Source: Octopus sinensis
Lineage: Eukaryota
DNA length: 64,000 nt
Direction of reading: 5' to 3'
Assembly (NCBI RefSeq): GCF_006345805.1
Contig: NC_043020.1
Span: forward strand, 23,374,001 to 23,438,000
Position 1 is the first letter of the stretch. Every line of letters begins with the position of its first letter. Made by a program: the position numbers and the translations under genes. Below, piece by piece: positions 40,480 to 53,972 of the stretch. Under the pieces are notes generated by a model, which saw nothing but the letters and a program-made list of their open reading frames with translations, ran no database searches and had not been told where the DNA came from.

Positions 40480-41270
40480 CGGCGTCGAAATAATGATTTT
40501 ACATTTACAATGTTGAATTAGATATTCGTCCAGTAGTACCATATTCTCCCTTCTTTTTAGTCAAATATGGAGGTCATTTTAATGTAGACATACGTGCGTC
40601 TATAAAATCAGTTGAATATTTTAGCAAATATATTCATAAAAGTGACAGTCAACATTTGTGGACAAACCAGTGTACGGCAAAGACACAAAGATGAAATTGA
40701 AAATTATATGAATGGCCCCTGTTAGAATCAAAACACATATACGTGAATGGCCCCTGTGCATCCTCATCAGAAGCAGTCTGGAGGATTTTAGGGTTTAAAT
40801 TACATGACTCATATCCTGCAGTCTAACGGTTTACAATTCATTTACCCCAACAGCAATATATTTACCTTAATGACGATGACGATATTGAAGAGGTTATCCA
40901 CACACATGGCAGGTTCATTCTCACTGAATGAATGCGAGTTAACCGGGAATCACCAGCTTTACTCTCTACCGCTTTCACTGAATTTTAGAGATGGAATAAT
41001 TGTGAGAAATTGTGGCATCTCCGAAAAAAGAATATCCACTTTGTTTCAGCAGCAAGAGCGATACTATCTGAGAGCTTTACTATATCATATTCCCCAATCT
41101 ACATACATTATTCGAAGATATGAAAACGGTGTAGTTGGCCATAGTTACAAAGACGCTGCAATGAAACTGAGCTTAGCACATGATGACCGTGAATACTATC
41201 GGACTAGGGTATCTTGCAAGTATTTCAGCTACTCCATATCAGATGAGAAGACTTTTCTATGCCATTCTTA
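40480..41270 (+). mobile_element. Helitron Rep-helicase remnant
   Basis: VVPYSPFFLVKYGGHFNVDIRASIKSVEYFSKYIHK; DEIENY; ASSSEAVWRILGFKLH; ERYYLRALLYHIP...SYKDAAMKLSLAHDDREY are Helitron Rep C-terminal motifs; frameshifted. Confidence 0.85.
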
Positions 41271-41367
41271 ATTACTGCATTCTATATGTATACTTACGTA
41301 TATATATGAGATACAATGTAAAATACGCTATCTTAAAAATAGCGTGTTCGCGCATATATATATATAT

Positions 41368-42483
41368 TGTTACGACACACAGGGTGGGACCTCCGCGATT
41401 CGAACTGTTACGGAAATCCTCACACACAGGCCCGTTCGATACAGCGAATAAGCTACGGAAACTCGTCGGAGAGAGGAGAGAGAGAGAGACACAACCGCAG
41501 CAAGGCAACAGAGACACAGAGAGGCAACCGAGAGAGACACCAAAAGAGGCAAGGCAACAGAGGCAACACTGGCTTACATTTAACAACTAGTTTATGCGAC
41601 AATCAATGGTTACAACATCAAAGCATTTAAGGCAAACATTTAAAGGAGAACATGCACGTGACAACTCAATACATCATACAACAGATCAAAGCATAATAAC
41701 AACAACAATTCAAGAGTACAATTCAAAGTTCACGTCCGGAGACAACAGTTCTATTTCAAATCACTTCAACAGATAACGTTCACAGTTCTTTTGCAAAACA
41801 CATCACAGATAACGTCACATCAACAAGTCCTTTACTGTTCTTTTCACTGTTCAATACACCAATTCTTTTCACTGTCTCTTTACATCGTGACACGTATCAA
41901 TACATAATCAAATACCTTAATTCCTAATTGAATCGCCAGTGTCCCATATTGCACCTCATCTCTCCGTACCGCCAATTCCTCTGTACATATTCCCTTCTGT
42001 GCCGCGAAGCTCTCGCATCCCAACTTGCTCCTAAAATTCCAACTCCTTGCCGACTTCCAAGATCCGTCTGTGTTCCTTGACGACCGACTACCAACTGCCC
42101 AAAACCTCACCTCCTTGTCCCGACTTCTACTCTCTCATCTCCTTCTGTCTCTACCGCTCATACCCTCTCTAACTGCCCTGGTCCCCTACTGCCTATCTCT
42201 ATCGCCCCTCATCCTCTCTCACTGCCAATATCCTCTCCATCTGCTCTTAGATTCCTTACTCTATCTTTTTCTCACTACCAATATCCTCTCTATCTGCTTT
42301 CAGCCCTTACTCTGTCTTCCTCTTTCACATTCTCTCTGACCCCTTCTCGACCGGCACAAGGTCACAAGGTCCCTCCAAACCCCATTAATCTCCCAGTAAA
42401 CAAAGGACTGTTACTATTCTTCCAGACGTGCCGGCGCCACCATTCCAAAGTGGGTCACCAAGAACTGCACTTAGCCAAACCGT

Positions 42484-42487
<4 letters not shown>
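41368..42487. mobile_element. Probable solo LTR (1120 bp) inserted in (TA)n
   Basis: TGTTACG...CGTAACA terminal inverted 7-mer, ATAT on both flanks, no convincing coding capacity. Confidence 0.7.
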
Positions 42488-42549
<62 letters not shown>

Positions 42550-42555
<6 letters not shown>

Positions 42556-42892
42556 AAGACCCCCTTCGGTCATGAGTGACCATGGGTTTGCACCTAGAGA
42601 GTTACCCTCTGAGGCACAAGTCTGGGCAAGGTTGTTTTTATGGAAGACCAGTAGTCGCCCATGCATACCGGCCTCCCCTCTCCACGCCACCGGTGTTATC
42701 CAAGGGAAAGACAAAGGTCGATACAGCTTGGCGCCTGTGACGTCGCAACTCATTTCTACAGCTGAGTGAACTGGAGCAACGTGAAATAAAGTGTCTTGCT
42801 CAAGAACACAACACGCAGCCCGGTCCGGGATTCGAGCTCACAACCTCACGATCGTAAGCTCGACGCTCTAACCACTGAGCCATGCGCCTTCA
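42550..42892 (-). mobile_element. tRNA-derived SINE with Deu/Nin-type central domain
   Basis: Minus strand: aaggcgcatggctcagtggttagagcg...gtgttgtgttcttgagcaagacacttt...ctcagctgtagaaatgagt. Confidence 0.8.
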
Positions 42893-42904
42893 TATAAACT
42901 CTGT

Positions 42905-43353
<449 letters not shown>

Positions 43354-44546
43354 TTCGCTAGGTGTAAAAATCAACTTAGGGATATCAAATATCCGACGAA
43401 TTTACTGGTTGTTATTACCAATATCGATAACAATGTTATTCCAATAGGTGTAAAGAAAACTAAACAGTTTATTCATATGTAAATATAAACAAGAATTGAA
43501 AAACAAAAGAATAAATTGAACAATTATAAATTCAATTTAAATATTTTATACAAACAAATGACATATCTCATAAATTACACTTATTTTCGCTTCATTAAGA
43601 AAACGAAGTTTTTCAAGGTAATCAAATCCGGTTAAATATGTAATGATGATTCATCACATTGACATATGTCCTTGAATATTTCGCGAAACATTTCAATTGA
43701 AAATATTTATAACTTCTAAGGCTTCTGTAAAAACGCATTTTGAGGGCAAGCTTAATCATAAATAAGTAAATAATCTAACTGAAATTATTTAAATTCCTAA
43801 ATTTAACTCTATAGCTATCCATTTCTATAACCGATTTAATTGCATAATACACACATTCATATATACAAATTTATATGTACTTATATGTACACACAGACAC
43901 CAATCATTAATGCATGCATACACACACATACACCTACGTATACACACATGCATATTCACATACACAAGTTTAGTTATTCATCAATATATATATATATATA
44001 TATAGAATATGCATACATATACAATTCTTACAAACATGTAACTATATATGGGAAAATATCATTTTATATATTAATTCGAATCTAAATAAATGAATTATCT
44101 AAATAAAACGGGTTAAACTATGACTCTGACTTAAAATCTATCAGAATACAGGGGAGATAACTGTCTTTTTAGTTATAGAGACCAAACGAAAAAAACCAAA
44201 CCAACTCGATACCGTCAACGAAAAAAAACATTTAAATATATATATACATACGATAAAAACAAAGTAATACAATACAAAAGAAATACGCCACATACGAACA
44301 ACGAGCCAAATAAAAAAATTAGACAAGATATATCTTGTCTAATCCACATATACACCCCCTCATTCATTTACACACATGCATATACTTATCGATACATATA
44401 AAGAAAACAGAGAAAGAAACCAACTCTCTTCGGACATAGATAAATTCTCTACATATATCAAAACCAAAATAATCACATTTGTTTGTATGAAATATTTAAA
44501 CTGCATTGTTCAACTTATTGTCTTATATAAATATATATATATGTAA

Positions 44547-44703
44547 ATGTAAAAAAATACAAACTGGGACAAGAACGTAAAACATTTAGAAGACGATACA
44601 AAAAACACGGACGGGACATTCGAAGCCTTCAATCTTCAGTCAAGAACCGGATCATCTTCGCAATTTCGGCTGATTAATCTTGAGATTACTCCGATCTGGC
44701 CAG
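44547..44703 (-). repeat. Solo copy of the ~170-bp repeat of 16052/16904
   Basis: Reverse complement is near-identical to those repeats. Confidence 0.9.
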
Positions 44704-44715
44704 TATATATATATA

Positions 44716-44757
<42 letters not shown>

Positions 44758-45897
44758 TATATATATATGTGCGTGGGTATGATAATGTGTATATGTATAA
44801 TTGAAAAAAATACCATTCAAACATTAATTGGAAAACCAATTATTGCATATATATGAAGTATACGTTATTTTTAACTAGAGTTACTTGTCAATCTTAAAAT
44901 TGAATTTCCAAAATATATGAAAACCTTTGAGAATTATGTTAAATTGTCAACAAATTTAATTACACTCGACCTATATTTACGTGTGAGTCAGCGAAAAATA
45001 TAGCAGCGCACTTTTTAACAATTAACTAATTGGATTTTTTTTTACCTGTCCTGTTAAAAATATCGGTTTAATTCTTTAAACCCTATTACAGCCATTTCGA
45101 ATATGAGGTTACCAATAACGTTTCCCATGTTGATAAAATACGGATTAATCCCTTGGACGAGTAGAATACACCGAGCGTCGCGGGATCTGTTTCAAGCCGT
45201 TTGTTCAGCTTGATATTTGTGATTGTAAACGTATCAAAGACGAGTAACGAACATGTGGTACAACCTGGCACCTCATACTGCCACGCTTATACTGACGTAC
45301 TCATGTATCCTCCACATAAATAATAATGTATGTATGCATGTATACGAGAAAATGGAGAAATATATCTAAATCAATCATCAACCATCTGATAATACCCAAT
45401 CAATACTTTATTAAACCATTACACAATAGCAATGATATTATACATTAATATAGTACAAATATAACAAGACATAGAAATAGAAATAGATATTTTTCCATTT
45501 TCTCATTTTGTATTATTAATTTACGGTAAAAATAATTTTACCTTTGCCCACATAATACAGTAGATGAATTAATTGCATCGCAATTTTTAACATTTATGTA
45601 TTAGCTTTGTTGGGTACTTCTCTAGCAGTATATTGGATATATGTTATCCCATGGAGGGTTGAATTTACAACCCCTATCTCATTTATATATATATATATAT
45701 AATATATATATATATATATAATAATATAAATATTAGGGAATAAATCCAAATTTACAGGGAAAAAATCAGATTTAGGATTAAATCGATTTTATAGTAAAAT
45801 ATTATAAAATATTATTCGAGACAAAACCACTATTTTGCAAAACAAACAAGGAAAGACTAATTAATACATAAAATTTAATAAATAGTCAAAAAAACCG

Positions 45898-45940
45898 CCA
45901 CTACAATCGTTTCTTGTCTTGATCGACAATCTTCAGGTGG
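45898..45940 (-). ncRNA. Minimal type I hammerhead ribozyme motif, intact
   Basis: Exact reverse complement of 49768-49810. Confidence 0.85.
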
Positions 45941-48900
45941 ACTTCCAATCTAAAAAATCAATATTTTAAAATATAAAAATAATAATTTTAAAATAATTAA
46001 AGTATGAATGAAAAAATATAAGTATATAATCCATATATAACCTATCTATAATCCATATATAAACAATATATAAACAATATATAAACTAAAAAAACCTATC
46101 AACAATTAAATATAAAATATAAAATATAAAATATAAAATATAAAATATAAAATATAAAATATAAAATATAAAACAAAACAAAAAAAATAATAATAATATA
46201 ATAATAAACTATATATACACCCATACGCATATACCTAATTATATATAACCATATCTAACTACATACACTAAATCACACACCTATATATATATCCCTATAC
46301 ATACACATAAAAATGTCTAGGCAACTATAAATAATAAATAAATAAAATAGCTAAATACTTCAACACAATACTTATTCATACTCCCACACACACACACATA
46401 CAACCCACATTCACGCTCTAGAAAACGGACATCACTCAAAACTATGAACGGAGAAATGGAATAATGGAATTAAAAATTATATTCACTTGGTAAAACGAAC
46501 ACTACTTAAAAATTATGAATGAAACAATGCAATAAAACAACAGACATCGCAAATAGACACAAATTACTACAAATTCCTTATCAAACCTACCATGATAACC
46601 AAAACTCATAAAAACATATAATGATAAAATCTCCCTTTACTAAACTCTATAACAAACCTATATAGCAATCCCCCTAAGCTAAACATTCACACACAAATAC
46701 ACACACGTAAACCACACACCCACGACATATACAAATACCCACACCACTTACACATACCAATACATACATATAAACCTCAACATATACTCCAAAAACCCAC
46801 TCAACCCCACACAGACAAATAAACACAAAAATTATGAATAGATTCTTTTATAAAACTACCATGATAAGCTAAAACTCACAAAACAGAAATGATAAAACCT
46901 CCCTTTACTAAACACTAAAACATACTTATATAGCAATTCCTTTAACCTATACATTCACACACAAAACCACTCGTAAACCACACACCCATAACAAATACAA
47001 ACTCCCACCCCACTCACACACACCCAGAAGTACATATAAGCCTCAACATATACACCAAACAAAATTACTTTACCAAGGAACTTAACATATATATAAAAAG
47101 TATAACCGCTCTGGAAACGAACATCTCTAAATTAATGAATGGAGAAATGGAATAAATGGAATTAAAAATAAAATTCACGTGGCAAAACGAACACCACTCA
47201 AAAATTATGAATGAAACAATATAATAAAACAACCAACATCGAAAATAGACAAATTACTACGAATTCCCTAAAAAAAACCATGATAAACCAAAACTCTTAA
47301 AAAACATATAACGATAAAATCTCCCTTTGCTAAACTCTATAACAAACCTATATAGTAATCCCCCTAACCTAAACATTCACACACAAACACACACGTAAAC
47401 CACAGACCCACGACTTATACACATACCTAAACTAACTTATAAACCTCCATATACACCAAAACCCACTCCCTCCCACACAGACAATTAACTCATACATCCC
47501 AAAACCTAAATAACAAACCCATATACACATTCACACACAAAACACACACACACACAAAACACACACACAACAGATACATATACTCCCTCACATATACGCA
47601 TATACATACTCACTAAACTCAATATATACAACAATATTTACACACCCACACTCATACAGATAAATAAATTATACAACTAAAAACTCGCACACAATCTCAT
47701 ATACATAAACACTCCTATGAAAACAACATTAAATACATCGTAATAACCAGAATATCAAAAATAACAATATGACATAAAGGTAAATAAAATACATACTTAC
47801 AATTCAGTGTCAAATTATGAAGTGAAATTAAATTCTTAGCCGTTAAAAAATCAAACCAAAATTACATTACCATAGAAATAACTTATGTAAAAAAAGACTA
47901 ACAAACAACTTGCAGTAACCCAAACCCATTCTCTATGCCTACCTCACTACTACACTATTCCATTCACAATTCCAAACAACGCTAGTCCACCTCCCGGTTA
48001 TTCACGTGGCAAAACGAACACCACTCAAAAATTATGAATGAAACAATGTAATAAAACAACCAACATCGAAAATAGACAAATTACCACGAATTCCCTAAAA
48101 AAACATGATAATGATAAACCAAAACTCCTAAAAACATATAACGATAAAATCTCCCTTTGCTAAACTCTATAACAAACCTATATAGCAATCTCCCTAACCT
48201 AAACATTCACACACAAATACACACTCGTAAACCACAGACCCACAACTTATACACATACCTATACTAACTTATAAACCTCAATATACACCAAAACCCACTC
48301 CCTCCCACACAGACAAATTAACACATACATCCCAAAACCTAAATAACAAACCCATATACACATTCACACACAAACACACACACACGCAAAACACACACAC
48401 ACAACAGATACATATACACCCTCACATATACGCATATACATACTCACTAAACTCGATATATACAACAATATTTACACACTCACACTCATACAGATAAATA
48501 AATTAAACAACTAAAAACTCGCACACAATCTCATATACATAAACACACCTATGAAAACAACATTAAATACATCGTAATTAACCAGAATATCAAAAATAAC
48601 AATATGACATAAGGATAAATAAAATACATACTTACAATTCAGTGTCAAATTATGAAGTGAAATTAAATTCTTAGCCGTTAAAAAATCAAAACAAAATTAC
48701 GTTACCATAGAAATAACTTATGTAAAAAAAGAATACGCGCCATGGAAAGTAAACGTCATTTAAATTATGAAAGGAGAAATAGGAAAATGGAACTAAAAAC
48801 TATATCCACGTGGCAAACAACACTACTTAAAAAAATTTATTATGAATGGATTCTTTAAAAAACTACCATGAAAAATCATTATATACATCTATGAACTTTA

Positions 48901-49767
48901 GCTCACCTTAGCATCTCTAACAAACAACTTGCAGTAACCCAAACCCATTCTCTATGCCTACCTCACTACTACACTATTCCATTCACAATTCCAAGCAACG
49001 CTAGTCCACCACCCGGTTATTCACGTGGCAAAACGAACACCACTCAAAAATTATGAATGAAACAATGTAATAAAACAACCAACATCGAAAATAGACAAAT
49101 TACCACGAATTCCCTAAAATAACCATGATAAACCAAAACTCATAAAAGCATATAACGATAAAATCTCCCTTTACTAAACTCTATAACAAACCTATATAGT
49201 AATCCCCCTAAACCTAAACATTCACACACAAATACACACTCGTAAACCACAGACCCACAACTTATACACATAACTATCCTAATTTATAAACCTCAATATA
49301 CACCAAAACCCACTCCCTCCCACACAGACAAATTAACACAAACATCCCAAAACCTAAATAACAAACCCATATACACATTCACACACAAACACACACACAC
49401 ACAAAAACACACACACACAACAGATACATATACTCCCTCACATATACTCATATATATACTCACTAAACTCGATATATACAACAATATTAACACACCCACA
49501 CTCATACAGATAAATAAAATATACAACTAAAAACTCACACACAATCTCATATACATAAACACTCCTATGAAAACAACATTAAATACATCGTAATTAACCA
49601 GAATATCAAAATAACAATATGACATAAGGATATATAAAATACATACTACAAGTCAATTTCAAATAATGAAGTGAAATTAAATTCTTAGCCGTTAAAAAAA
49701 CCAAACCAAAATTACGTTACCATAGAAATAACTTATGTAAAAAAAAAAAAAGAGAGAATACGGAAGT

Positions 49768-49810
49768 CCACCTGAAGATTGTCGATCAAGACAAGAAACG
49801 ATTGTAGTGG
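49768..49810 (+). ncRNA. Minimal type I hammerhead ribozyme motif, intact
   Basis: CCAC-CTGAAGA-TTGTC gatcaa GACAA-GAAAC-GATT-GTA-GTGG; ACGAUUGU self-pairs with two G.U; predicted cleavage after 49806. Confidence 0.85.
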
Positions 49811-49897
49811 CGGTTTTTTTGACTATTTATTAAAATTTTATGTATTAATTAAGTCTTTCCTTGTTTGTTTTGCAAAATAGTGGTTTTGTCTCGAATA

Positions 49898-49935
<38 letters not shown>

Positions 49936-50078
49936 ACTTATAAATAAGGGCAAACGAACAAATTTCTAATGCCCAATATGCCGAAAATTGGACATATTGT
50001 CCATTACCATATAATTTTTCACAATACGCACGCTTCTCGAAAAAAGGCCGACAGAAATTTCTTAAAAATTTCATTATT

Positions 50079-50134
50079 ACCATCTCGGACAGATTTCAGG
50101 GTTAGTTCGTAAGAACCCTCCCTTCGTCAGTGAT
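50079..50134 (-). ncRNA. Hammerhead motif with damaged stem III (U16.1 to G)
   Basis: ...CCCT-GAAA-TCTGTCCGA-GA-TGGT. Confidence 0.65.
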
Positions 50135-50239
50135 AAATGTGGCAAAGAAATAAATGATATACTTACTCATACCCACTTCTTCCATACTTACTTCTTCCAT
50201 GGGTATGAGTAAGTATCTCATTTATTTCTTTGCACATTT

Positions 50240-50295
50240 ATCACTGACGAAGGGAGGGTTCTTACAAGCTAACCCTGAAATCGGTCCGATATGGT
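50240..50295 (+). ncRNA. Type I hammerhead ribozyme motif, intact core
   Basis: ATCA-CTGACGA-AGGG ag GGTT cttaca AGCT aa CCCT-GAAA-TCGGTCCGA-TA-TGGT; predicted cleavage after 50291. Confidence 0.85.
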
Positions 50296-50514
50296 AATAA
50301 TGGAATTTTTTAGAAATTTCTCTCGGCTTTTTTTCTAGTAGCGTGCGTATCGTGAAAAATTATATGGTAATGGACTCTATGTCCAATTTTCGGCATATTT
50401 GGCATTAGACATTTTTTAGTTTGCTCTTATTTATAAGTTGTTTATAATTTTAACATTTAAAAGATATTTTTTAATATGCTGGCCATTGATAAAAGTTTTT
50501 TCGAAAAAAAATGT

Positions 50515-51372
50515 TATTACTCTTTACTCTTTTACTTGTTTCAGTCATTTGACTGCGGCTATGCTGGAGCACCGCCTTCAATCGCCTTTAATCGAGCAAC
50601 TCGACCCCGGGACTTATTCTTTTGTAAGCCCAGTACTTATTCTATCGGTCTCTTTTGCCGAACCGCTAAGTAACGGGGACATAAACACACCGGCATCGGT
50701 TGTCAAGCAATGCTAGGGGGACAAATACAGACACACAAAAACACACACGCATATATATATATACATATATACGACGGGCTTCTTTCAGTTTCCGTCTACA
50801 AAATCCACTCACAAGGCTTTGGTCGACCCGAGGCTATAGTAGAAGACACTTGCCCAAGGTGCCACGCAGTGGGACTGAACCCGGAACCATCTGGTTGGTA
50901 AACAAGCTACTTACCACACAGCCACTCCTACATTAAATATATATATATATATATATATATACTCGTTTTACTCGTTTTACTCGTTTTACTTGTTTCAGTC
51001 ATTTGACTGCGGCCATGCTGGAGCACCGCCTTTAATCGAGCAACTCGACTCCAGGACTTATTCTTTTGTAAGCCCAGTACTTATTCTATCGGTCTCTTTT
51101 GCCGAACCGCTAAGTAACGGGAACATAAACACACCAGCATCGGTTGTCAAGCAATGCTAAGGGGACAAACACAGACACACAAACACACACACACACATAT
51201 ATACATATATACGACAGGCTTCTTTCAGTTTCCGTCTACCAAATCCACTCACAAGGCATTGGTCGGCCCGGGGCTATAGCAGAAGACACTTGCCCAAAAT
51301 GCCACGCAGTGGGACTGAACCCGGAACCATGTGGTTGGTTAGCAAGCTACTTACCACACAGCCACTCCTGCG

Positions 51373-51375
<3 letters not shown>
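50515..51375 (-). mobile_element. Two tandem SINE family A copies (50515-50930 and 50960-51375)
   Basis: Both near full length on the minus strand, separated by (TA)n. Confidence 0.92.
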
Positions 51376-51458
<83 letters not shown>

Positions 51459-51764
51459 TATATATATGTATGTATATATATATATATATAATTAGAGCTA
51501 AGCAACAGGTTTCTTAACTACATACCGAAAATTTAGAAATAGCTGGCAAAGACTGCTTATTCCTATTTACTACGGATATCGCTCCACGTATAACATTACT
51601 TGTAACTCACATAGGCAAGAGAAGGAAAATAGCGAAATCAAACAGTCTTCGGTCCGTTGTGGACACGTTTCTGGGTTAGAATTATAAAGAACTCATTCCC
51701 ATAATCAGCACAACAATCCAGTATTGAAAACCACACATTCTCACCCACACCATTCACCCCAAAA

Positions 51765-51778
51765 CATATGTATATATA

Positions 51779-51809
<31 letters not shown>

Positions 51810-51996
51810 AATTATATAGACACACACATATATATATATATACACACTCATTATATACACACACACACATATATATATGCACACATTATATATACATATG
51901 CATATATATATATATATATATATACATTACATATACTTATACATTTATATATGCATATATATATATATATGTATATGTATGTATATATATATATAC

Positions 51997-52032
<36 letters not shown>

Positions 52033-52070
52033 TATATATACATATATATATATATTATATATATATATAC

Positions 52071-52113
<43 letters not shown>

Positions 52114-52251
52114 ATATGTACACAAACACACACACATATATATATGCACACATTATATATACATATGCATATATATATATATATATACATTACATATACT
52201 TATACATTTATATATGCATATATATATATGTATATGTATGTATATATATAC

Positions 52252-52282
<31 letters not shown>

Positions 52283-52327
52283 CACATTATATATACATAT
52301 ATATACATTATATATACATATACACAC

Positions 52328-52390
<63 letters not shown>

Positions 52391-52425
52391 ATATGTACAC
52401 AAACACACACACACATATATATTTA
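51765..52425. repeat. Compound (TA)/(CA) microsatellite with an internal duplicated block
   Basis: acacacacatatatatatgcacacattatatatacatatgc occurs twice; source of the poly-YI ORFs. Confidence 0.9.
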
Positions 52426-52594
52426 TACAGAAACATTTCCCTTGTATAGATACATTTAACAGATACGACATCTATGATCATACACTCAAATAAATTATTG
52501 TCTTAATAATAAATCACTTACGCGAGGCGCCAGGATATTTATTACTGGACTCCATGCATCATATTACTTTCTCTGTCTATGTCTTTATTGGCAG

Positions 52595-52818
52595 GGACTT
52601 CTCCCAGCGGAGCGCATACTCAGCCCTGGACCTACGCAGTGATATCAAACCAGCAACTCAAAGCAGAAATACGTAAAGTCATCGAGACTGAAGAAGAGAT
52701 GAATTATAGACGGAGGATGGGAAAAACTTGGGTGTATGATGTACAAACTAGAACCCAGACCACGTGGGTGAAACCGTATCTGGAAGAAGCTCCATATATC
52801 ATTGTTATTTTAAAGAAG
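52595..52818 (+). CDS. IYD: Iodotyrosine deiodinase exon 3
   Basis: Acceptor ttattggcag|; GTSPSGAHTQPWTYAVISNQQLKAEIRKVIETEEEMNYRRRMGKTWVYDVQTRTQTTWVKPYLEEAPYIIVILKK contains the SGAH-x-PW motif and the Glu/Tyr/Lys substrate-binding lid residues of IYD; donor AAG|GTAAAC, phase 0. Confidence 0.97.
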
Positions 52819-53699
52819 GTAAACAAAAAAATTATTCTGTTGTATCGAATTGTGATTTTTATTCTTTAATAAAAATATACTTTTTTTCCAATTTAAAATG
52901 TACATAAATATTATTTAATGCTAAAGTTATTGCGAAGAAGTTTTGATTTATGGCACTGTGCGTATATGCGTATATATAACCCTACATGTATGTATGCATA
53001 AACACACACATACACATATATATAATACATATGTACATATATATATATATATATATATATACTTAAGGCAGCTTCTCTTGTGTTTAAATGTAGACTATTT
53101 TATATTGAAAATTATATTATATATATATATAGAATATATATATTGGGAAAGAGAGGAGGAATACTGTGAGAGACAGAGAGTGAAATGCTGGGAATAATAT
53201 CGAGATAAGAACGAATCAGAGTAGGATACAAAACATTATAAATGTTAATCGGCGCAGGCGTGGCTGTTTGGTGGGAAGCTGGCTTCCAAACCACATGGTT
53301 TCAGGTTCAGTTCCACTACATGGCAATCTGGGCAAATGTCTTCTATTATACCCTCGGGTTGACCAAATCCATGTAAGTGAGTGTCAAGAACCCGCAGCTC
53401 TTCAGTATCCTTCGAAAATTGCTGAGAGACCTCCATAGTGTGGATGTATGTGTCTTCAAAACAGAACCGGATCTCTTCTCGCCACGGCAAGAAACACAGA
53501 TGAGGACAGCAGCATCAAATGTCACATATCAGAGGAGGTTTCATTTATTCATTTAAATGTCTTCGTTGTATTACATGACGATATTTCACTTCCTTCCCCT
53601 CCCCCAAGCTTTCTGTCATACTGTAAAGTGTCTTATCCTTCACTTGCCTCAGGACGCTGGGTGTGTTTCGGCAAGTTTCTGTAAGCAAGATGCCGATTA

Positions 53700-53729
53700 A
53701 AAGTAAATATAATGATGATAATAATAATA

Positions 53730-53790
<61 letters not shown>
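53700..53790. repeat. (AAT)n microsatellite in IYD intron 3
   Basis: Direct inspection. Confidence 0.95.
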
Positions 53791-53876
53791 TGTAATCTGC
53801 GGGGACAAATTACTTGAATCCTATAGTTGTAGTACTCCTATGAGATCTCATTAAAAGCTAAGCTATTTTGTTTCAG

Positions 53877-53972
53877 GTGTATGGAATTGGTGAAAATGAT
53901 AAGAAGATCAACTATTATTACAACGAGATTAGTACGAGTATATCTGTTGGAATAATGCTGGCAGCAATTCAG
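53877..53972 (+). CDS. IYD: Iodotyrosine deiodinase exon 4
   Basis: Acceptor tttgtttcag|; VYGIGENDKKINYYYNEISTSISVGIMLAAIQ (IYD YYNEIS...G..LAA.Q); donor CAG|GTAATT; 96 nt, phase 0/0. Absent from the ORF track. Confidence 0.95.

Larger units (their letters stand above)
45725..49910 (+). mobile_element. PLE-derived block: inverted pLTR, tandemly amplified A/C-rich 3' region, terminal HHR-bearing pLTR
   Basis: 45804-45946 and 49762-49906 are inverted repeats; the anchor ttcacgtggcaaaacgaacaccactc recurs at 46482, 47174, 48001 and 49020. Confidence 0.75.
49935..50510. mobile_element. Second locus of the 7.7-8.8 kb HHR repeat family (inverted plus direct partial copies)
   Basis: Clearly homologous but diverged; HHR motifs at 50079-50134 (-) and 50240-50295 (+). 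Confidence 0.85.

Noticed and set aside
4942-42892. tRNA-like sequences at SINE heads
   Set aside because: They are fused to SINE bodies and lack a complete acceptor stem; not called as tRNA genes.
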